NCBI GenBank assembly: GCA_951406725.2
Contig: OX597829.1
Span: 6,262,001-6,326,000 of the forward strand
Origin: Octopus vulgaris
Taxonomy: Eukaryota
Length of the DNA: 64,000 bases
Reading direction: 5' to 3'
Within the stretch, counting starts at the first letter, position 1, and every line of letters starts with the position of its first letter. The notes under the pieces were generated by a model. That model saw only the letters and a list, made by a program, of their open reading frames with translations, was not told the origin of the DNA and ran no database searches. Below, piece after piece: positions 55,598-64,000 of the stretch. Made by a program: the position numbers and the translations under genes.

Positions 55598-58284
55598 ATT
55601 GTTGTTGGCATCCTTTTTGTCTCGGGAGACAATGGAGTTGCGCATAAAATAATCTAGTCCAGCTTTTACATTTCATGTCCTGATACATTTCCTGCTGTGG
55701 CTGTGTAGTCCTATCCTGAAAAAACACTCCCTCTGGCAGGTGCCGCAAATGTAGCGAAGACTTTGCCTGGCTGGTTGTAATGCCATAGTTTCTTGTTGAC
55801 GTCTTTTCTTGTCTTTCTATTTCTCATCTCTCTCTATGTCACTCCTTTGTGTTCCCTCTTTTACGGTACGTCGCCAATCTCCACGGTTGCTGGCAACTGC
55901 TTCCCAGTTGCTAATATTGATGTTACAGGCCTTCATGTCCCTTTTGCAAACATCCCTGTAACGTAAGAATGGTCTTCGCACAGACCTAGTGCCCCTAGCA
56001 ATCTCTCCGAAGAGTATGTCCATGGGGATTCTGCCATCTTCCATACGGCTAACATGTCCAAGCCATCTCATACGTCTTTGTGTGAGGAGTGCAAACATGC
56101 TTGGTATTCTTGCTTGCTTGAAGACATCTTTGTTGGGGACATGATTCTGCCATTTGATGCGAAGTATTTTCTAGAGGAAGCGCAGGTGAAAGATATTTAG
56201 GCGACGCTCCTGGCGTGTGTATGGCGTCCAAGTCTCACTTCCATACAGAGTGCTAAGTACACATGCCTGGTAAATTTCCATTTTTGTCAGCTTATTGTTG
56301 TCCCATGCCTGTTTGGAGAGTTGGGCCATCGCAGCAGCTGCCTTGCCAATGCGTATATTGAGCTCAGCATCAAGTGATACGTTGTAGGTGACGGTAGAGC
56401 CAAGATAGGTAAACTTCTCCACCTCCTGTAATCTGCGGTCTCCAATATGTATGTTTGGGATGTCCGATGTAGCCCGACCCATGATGTTGGTATTCTTGAG
56501 GCTGATAACTAAGCCAAAATCGTTACATGCTTGCTCAAAACAGTTGATGAGCTTTGTAGGGCTTCTTCTGTGTATGATACCAGAGCGGCATCATCAGCAA
56601 ATAGCATCTCCTTGATCAAGATGCTTCTGATTTTGGTCTTGACACGCAGGCGCGAGAGTTTTCCGTCACTTCTACTGTGCAGAAACACTCCATCATCTGA
56701 TGTCTGAAAGGCATGTGAGAGCAGCAGCGAGAAGAAGATGCCAAATAATGTAGGAGCAAGGACACAACCTTGCTTTACCCCGTTTTTTATTTGGAAGGCG
56801 GCTGATGTGGAACCATTATGCTGAATGGTGCCTTGCATATCATCATGGAAAGATTTGATGATCCTCAGCAGCTTTGGTGGACATTCGATTTTTTGGATCC
56901 GGATGAAGAGGCATTTTCTACTTACCAAGTCAAAGGCCTTTGTCCGATCAATGAAGTCCATGTATAAAGGCATTTTCTGCTCTCTAGACTTCTCCTGAAG
57001 TTGGCGTATGGAGAATATCATATCAATAGTTGATCTGCTTCTTCTAAAGCCACACTGCGTTTCTGGATAAATTCGAGAAGCAAGCAGTTGTAGCCTGGAC
57101 AGGATAACGCGAGCAAAGACCTTTCCAACAGTGCTTAGAAGAGATATCCCATGGTAATTGTTACAATCACCACAGTCACCTTTGTTTTTGTAAAGCATAA
57201 TGATGTTAGCATCCCTCATATCCTGAGGGACTCTACCCTCCTCCCAGCACTGACACAGAAGCTCATGAAGGTGCCGAAGCACGATGGTGTTTTTGCCGGT
57301 TTTGATGATCCCTAAGGGGATGCCGTCTTTTCCCGGAACCTTGTTACTTGCTAGGGAGTCAATAACCTTGGTGAGCTCTGCTATAGATGGCAGACTGTCA
57401 AGTTCACACATGACTGGCAAGATCTTGACACCCTCTATTGCAGCCTCAGCAACCGTGGTCTCCCGTGAGTAGAGATCCTGGTAGTACTCTACCCATCTAT
57501 CCATTTGCTTGCTTTGGTCCTTGATGAGATCTCCAGTAGTTGATTTCAGAAGGGCTGACTTGGTTGCGGATGGGCCGAGGGCCTTCTTCAAACCGGCATA
57601 CATCCCACGGGTGTCGCCACTGTCAGCAGCTAACTGGATACTCTGATAGATTTCCTGCCAATACCTATTTGCACAGCCTGTGGCAGTCAGTTGGGTTTTA
57701 TTTCTTGCCTTTCTGAGTTCTTCGAGTGACTTTGTAGAAGAATTACTCTTGTATTGCATCAGAGCAGCACGCTTTGCTTCGATAACTGTTTCTAGCTCTG
57801 AGAGCCCAGCACTGAACCAATCTGGGTTTTGCCTTTCTCTCATGCCGAAAATATCTATTGATGTGGTATACAAAGCTTCCCTGATATAATTCCACCTACT
57901 TTCAGCAGAGGAGGTTGGGCAGCTACTGAGGGCAACCTTGATAGAAACAGCAAAACATTTTCGCATTGTAGGGTCCGAGGTTCTGGCAGTGTTAATGCGT
58001 GGTCGGCCCATTTTCTTGGAGTGATAGACTTTTTTAGGTAGAATCCTCACCCTGCTACCTATTAGTGAATGATCTGTGTCACAATCCGCGATGTGGTAAC
58101 TACGGCTCAGTTGAACAGAATTCAGAAAGGATCTTCGTGTAATGAGATCCAGCTGATGCCAGTGGTGAGATCTTGGATGTCTCCAAGATGCCTTGTGGGA
58201 TGTCTTTTTGGCAAAGAATGTGTTGGTGATGCACAGGTTATGGTATGTGCAAAAGTCAAGTAGTCTCTGACCATTGTCATTCAA
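55598..58284 (-). mobile_element. RTE-clade (BovB-like) LINE, 5'-truncated within the APE domain
   Basis: Open frame 56509-58284: NDNGQRLLDFC..HNLCITNTFF, WHQLDLI, CDTDHSLI, GISLLSTVGKVFAR, QCGFR..RSTIDMIF, GVKQGCVLAPTLF, MLFADDAALV. Frameshifted C-terminus FTYLGS, LYGSETW, RWLGHVSRM. 3' end ccattgtctcccgagacaaaaaggatgccaacaac. Confidence 0.96.
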
Positions 58285-58387
58285 ACACATACACTTACAT
58301 ATATACATACATATATATATATACGATTGATTTGTTTCAGTTGCTGTCTACGAAATCCTTACACACACACACACACACACACACAAA

Positions 58388-58746
58388 GAGTGGGCAAACA
58401 AAAATATGAGACACTGCGTAGTGCTTTTTTAGATTTTGATAAGCCTGGTACTAATTCTATTTGTTTCTTATTGTGCAGTCAGTAAGTTATGGGGATGTAA
58501 ATAAACGAACACCAGTTGTGAAGCAGTGATGAGAGAGAAACACAAAGACACACACATACACTTACATATATACATACATATACATACAATTGATTTCTTT
58601 CAGTTTCTGTCTACAAAATCCACTGACAAGGCTTTGGTTGATCTGAGGCTATAGCAGAAAACATGCCAAGTTACCACACAGTGGGACTGAACTGAAAACC
58701 GTGTGTTTTGGAACCAAGTTTGTTACCACACAGCCACACCTGCACC
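58388..58746 (-). mobile_element. Degenerate SINE family B
   Basis: tttcagtttctgtctacaaaatccactgacaaggctttgg...gtgggactgaac...accacacagccacacctgcacc. Confidence 0.8.
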
Positions 58747-58961
58747 TATGTATGTGTGTGTGGGGTGAATGAGTATGTGTATATGGGTGTATATATGTAT
58801 GCATGTATATATGTGTATATATATATGTGTGCATATAACATGTACATCTATATATATATACATCTAGACATACATGTATATCTATAGAAATACATCTATA
58901 CATATACCTGTATACATATACAGCTATACATATACATGTATACATATACATGTATATATAC

Positions 58962-59012
<51 letters not shown>

Positions 59013-59074
59013 CACATCCATATATATATACATGTATATATATATATATATATACATCCATATACATACAATAG

Positions 59075-59298
59075 AGAAATGCTTTTGTTTCACTTTTAAC
59101 ACGTAATACTGAAATAGTGGAGAAGATGTGATATTGGTGTGGGCTCGCCCTAGGCAAGAAGTTAAACATTTTTTTGCCCATGATACTACATGGACCCTAA
59201 GTAAGGCATGTGTATGAAATTGGTTGTGTAGTTCTCAAGTTTTAGGGATTCGCACAGCCAGACAGACAGACACACATTCACAGTTTTATATATATAGA
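59075..59298 (-). mobile_element. Probable Helitron 5' end (non-autonomous fragment)
   Basis: Minus: a|TCtatatatataaaactgtgaatgtgtgtctgtctgtctg..., the A|TC start plus (GTCT)n seen in metazoan Helitron 5' ends. No 3' CTRR/hairpin identified. Confidence 0.55.
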
Positions 59299-60329
59299 TA
59301 CAAAAATATTCAATTATGTTCATAAAGGTGGAACAAGAGTTGTGTGGAAATTTTAAGATACTGCGCCGCTCTATATAATTACAACACCAAGGTCACCTTG
59401 AAAATGAAATGCTTGGTGATATTCAGGGAACTTACGAATCAGCATTTGATGTTTCATGTGGCATTCAATGCATTTTATTGCTAGAACATTAGATTAATTC
59501 AGTTTAGCTGTTACTCGGAAATAATTTCAATGATAGTCAAATTGCATAAGGTACCTTTGGAATTGATGAACAGTTCTTTTGCTTTACTTGTAATGTTATG
59601 ATAACTTTTCAAACATTTAAAGGGCATATCTAGATTTCGAAGATACTATTCTTTTTCTCTCGATGCATTTTCTATTCGTGGAGAATAAGCAAAAAATTTG
59701 CAGAGCGACATTTTAAAATATCAACTGCTAACCTATGCAGTAATATTTGAAATATCAACGTATTACTTCTTAAATGTGGATTTTCATTGCTTTCTGAAAC
59801 ATAGCTTAACGCACGTCGCATTCACTATAGTTTTATTTAGTTTAAGCCTTCTTAAATGTTGTTTTACCACTCGACAAACCACAATAAATTCGGTCTCGAA
59901 GTAAGAAAAATGCGTATGTTTATATTAACCTGATCAGTATGTTCCATAAAAATAATTCAAAATATATTAACAAAATTATCTACATGTTTACGGTGAGGTT
60001 ACTGGACACTTTGAATTTTAATTCTATTTTAATAATATATAGTACATAAAATATATGTATATTTGTTCTGTTCTAATACTTTTTGTGAGAATATTATATA
60101 TACTAATATCTGGCCCGCGCTTTTATCTTTGCTTATGACATGGCTGGATTCAATTATCCAGTTAACACGACAAACGTGTATTTAAAACTTTATAATTCCA
60201 AAAAGCTTTTTTTTATCTTTTCATCTGGAAAATATGTTATGAGTGAAAGCGTCTAAAATATTGATATGAATTCAGTTTGGAATGGAGCATTTTCGATTCT
60301 TGTTAACTTTTGATGTTGACTCTTACTAC

Positions 60330-60610
60330 TCCATTACAGCTCTTTAACATCCTCCCTAAATGCCTGAGAGACTTGCATGGTGTGGATGTGGGTTTCTTTA
60401 AAGCTAAACTGGATCTCTTCTTGTCTGGAGTCCCAGATGAACCTACCTCACGACAGGAGACACAGATGCGGGCAGCAGCATCGAACTCCCTTGTTGACCA
60501 AGTGCCACGTATCAGAGGTGGATTCACATATTAGTGTAGCTCATTCAGCGGTGGTGCCCCAGCATGGCCGCGGCCTTCGGGCTAAAACATTTTTAAGGAT
60601 TTAAGGATAT
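60330..60610 (+). mobile_element. CR1/L2-group LINE extreme 3' end
   Basis: LQLFNILPKCLRDL...FFKAKLDLFLSGVPDEP...AAASNSLVDQ (N.LP...FK..LD..L..VPDEP motif), then stem-loops and a (ttttaagga)x2 tail. Confidence 0.85.
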
Positions 60611-61141
60611 ATCGATGCACGAAATCAATAAGAAACATCATCACACAGCAATAGTTTAATTCACATCAAAACTCAGTCGTAACATATTTTGTATTCTCAA
60701 GTCAATTGTTTTCTCAATTGTGCGTGCTTTGTATAATAAACATACGCCTAATTACACCTGGAATGGTAGGAAAATCACACTTCAATAAATGTGGTTTCTT
60801 TTGCCCTGTAGAAACTACACTTATAGCCGTCATTATCATCAACAAATATATATTATGCTGTTGTTACTGTCCATCTCCAGGTCAGTACCGAGGAAGCAAA
60901 CGATGAACACTCATGTCAAAACCTTAGCCATCCCACAATATTTTTGAGATACAATATATCTAAAACTGGAATTACAATGGGTCGTTCCCTTTTTGTAAGA
61001 TCGTGAATTGAGTTAAAATTGGTTACTATTTCTAGCATTGACTGATTGACACTTGGCATGTATCGCTTAGTAAATTATACGAAAATTAAACACTGTTCGA
61101 ATAATTTCTTATGCTTATAATTTGAATATCAAAATAATACC

Positions 61142-61374
61142 TATTTCTTTATTATCCACAAGGGGCTAAACACAGAGGGGACAAACAAGGACAGACATAG
61201 GTATTATGTCGATTACATCGACCCCAGTGCGTAACTGGTACTTAATTTATCGACCCCGAAAGGATGAAAGGCAAAGTCGACCTAGGCGGAATTTGAACTC
61301 ACAACGTAACGGCAGACGAAGTACCGCAAAGCATTTCGCCCGGTGTGCTAACGCTTCTGCTAGCTCGCCGCCTT
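61142..61374 (-). mobile_element. SINE family A with 15-bp TSD
   Basis: TSD tatcaaaataatacc at 61127-61141 and 61375-61389. Confidence 0.93.
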
Positions 61375-62755
61375 TATCAAAATAATACCATTTAATTATA
61401 GACTTTAGTACGACCTTTACCGAAAAGCACATAAATGTAAAACAATATATGAAAATGACGTAAATTTCCATCAATTACAAGAAACATACTTATACATTTG
61501 ATGATTTTCTTCTTGTAGTACTTGTTGGCGTACACGATTCTCTTATTTTTACGTTATGTTTTTCTTTCTTTTTTATCCGGGTTTGACTTATACTACTTGG
61601 AATGTGCCCAGTGTGTTGCCAGTTGCGGTAGACAGCTGCCAAGTCTGAAATTAACAGGTCTGGCATGAAACAATGAAATTTGCAAGGTAAGGCCATCTGG
61701 TTCTGATGATTTGTTTCTCATCCAGCTACTCAAACCAACCGCTAATTTAGCCACTGAAATCCTAGTACTTGCATCATCGGCCAAAAATCACGTACACATT
61801 CGAATTCGGTATAGAAGTCTACCAACTCATGTCTATCTCTCTTACATAGAGTAAGGCAATGTATTGCTGAGTAAAACTGCATGCATTTTCTTGAAATTGG
61901 AGAACACTTTCTCTGCTGTCAGCTAAAAGCAGGAATATGGATTTTTACTACGCTGCGCCCCGATCACTTGGATCCATCAAATAATTTCGCATTCTCATTT
62001 TTCAGGGCACGCACCTCACTAATAACCATCTAACCATTGAGTTTCATGACTAGAAACTGACCAAAGGATATTGTCGCCACAAGTACTTCATAACTGATAC
62101 TCCTCTGAGCCCTTTTTAACCATTTGACAAATGCCTCCTCGACTCAACTCTCTACTTTCGCTTCTTTCGTCTCTTTCGCAACATCTTTTTCCAAACTGAC
62201 AGACTCGCTCTAATTTTCCAGTTTAGTAAGCATGTCCCCAAAACAAGCAAATAACTAATTTGATAAGCCATTCCGAAGTATTTTAATGCTGTGAAAATAC
62301 ATATTCAGGACCCTGTCTATTTGTCTTATCGAAGATGATTGTATAGATCCGAATTGCCGGTCGCTGTAGCGAAGTACCCCCAAATGTAGACAACATACAT
62401 TATTCTTATAGGTTAATCTCTTAAAATTTCTTAGCATAACAGGTTTATTTACTTATGTTTCCTAGAGTCCACATTCTGGAAATCTAAGTCATACCGTTGT
62501 TCAAAGTAGGCCAGTGGAATGAGGTGTAGAAATCGTTACTAGATAGAAGAGAAGCGAACAAATGACTTCAGAAAATTATGGTTTCGCTGATGGCTATTAA
62601 GTCCAGCTTTAATGACTTGATGTTATTCAGCATATTTACCTGCTCCCACTTTGATTCTAGATCCCATTGCTTATTGCAAATATTTACATGCAAAAATGTT
62701 AAGAAAACAATGTCTTGTTTGAACGCTTTGACAATCCATTGCTTTAGAACTGTGT

Positions 62756-62808
<53 letters not shown>

Positions 62809-63564
62809 AGTACGCAGACGTAAGCATCATCACACGTAACATTTCAGTTTTTCCAAAGCTCCTTCACAACATTTGTATTTGAAGTCTAAATTTGCTTTCA
62901 CGTCCACCTCGTTTGTTTAATTTGAATGTTATGGAATTGATACCATGAAATCATTTTGCCCTTGAGACCAAATGTGAAATTGCCTTGTTGATCGATACTG
63001 TTGCTTTTGTGGATGATATTTATTTTTCTTATAGCAATTGTCTTCATATTTTTTGTAAATACTGTTCTTCTTGAGGTTCATGATGTAGGTGTTCTTTCTG
63101 CTGCTGTTACAGCTGTTTTTTTTTTCTTAGTGTTGTTTCAATATCTGCATCTGATGTTGATATTGGTGATAACACATTTATCTTGTATACCACTAAATTT
63201 GTGGTATGCTTTATTCTACACACCGTAGATCACCGTATTTTACCTTTTCCTTTTATATTTCCTTCTCGTTCATAAGTATAAATGCAAAAGAAGATAATTA
63301 AAAAAAAAACTAAATTTTTTCTTGCATTCTCTCTTTAGAAAATAAGTGAAGCATGAATACGGAAAATTAGAACAAGGTCAGGTGGTTTGTGCGCGTGACC
63401 ACATTGACCAGAAGACAATATACATACATGTATACACACGCAAACAGGCTCACACACATATGTATATGTATAGGTGTGTGTGTGTGTGTTTGTGCATATA
63501 TATATATATATATATATATTTGCTTCAGGCAGGTTGTTCCGAGTGGTATTTATAATTGGAATTA

Positions 63565-63657
<93 letters not shown>

Positions 63658-63940
63658 CATTACTACTGTTGATAATAATAATAATGATAATAATGAGGAG
63701 GAGAAGGAGGAGGAGGTAGAGGAGAAGAAGAAGAAGAAGAAGAAGAAGAAGAAGAAGAAGGAGGAGGAGGAGGAGGAGAAGGAGGAGAGGGAGAAGGAGA
63801 AGAAGGAGGAGAAGGAGAAGAGGAAGAAGAAGAAGAAGAAGAAGGAGGAGGAGGAGGAGGAGAAGAAGAAGAAGAAGAAGAAGGAGGAGGAGAAGAAGAA
63901 GAAGAAGAAGAAGAAGAAGAAGAAGAAGAAGAAGAAGAAG
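63565..63940. repeat. (TAC)n, (TAA) and (GAA/GAG)n compound microsatellite
   Basis: Directly visible. Confidence 0.97.
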
Positions 63941-64000
63941 AATTTATGACCTTTTTCCTCCTTGTCAACCTCCATTTGATTACGCTGTCCCCACACAGAG

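Noticed and set aside
61690-62460. Purine-rich minus strand suggesting a decayed LTR/pol sequence
   Set aside because: No identifiable RT, RNase H or integrase motif.

Overview
AT-rich, repeat-dominated eukaryotic non-coding DNA. The SINE families and microsatellite load suggest a coleoid cephalopod, probably Octopus (inference from recalled repeat sequences, no search run). No intact host protein-coding gene is supportable, and most ORF-track entries are translated microsatellites. The window contains: about 11 fragments of RLE-type (R4/Dong-like) non-LTR retrotransposons beside (TAA)n-derived or (TACA)n arrays; three RTE-clade LINE remnants, one with a 599-codon open APE-RT stretch; a FLYWCH-MULE DNA transposon with a 9-bp TSD nested in an RTE; several Penelope-like element (PLE) remnants; a CR1/L2-group LINE 3' end; a probable Helitron end; and many tRNA-derived SINEs, several with clear TSDs. 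The main signal not shown by the ORF track is about 9 minimal type-I hammerhead ribozyme (HHR) motifs. Two fold cleanly (40921-40970, 37825-37864), several have a U3-A8 core variant, and one sits in the 3' part of an element with a tRNA-like B-box head, possibly a ribozyme-carrying SINE. There are also recurring fold-back (inverted-repeat) PLE-type insertions and a covarying double stem-loop shared by SINE and LINE 3' tails. All alignments and folds were done by eye, so boundaries are approximate unless a TSD is given.
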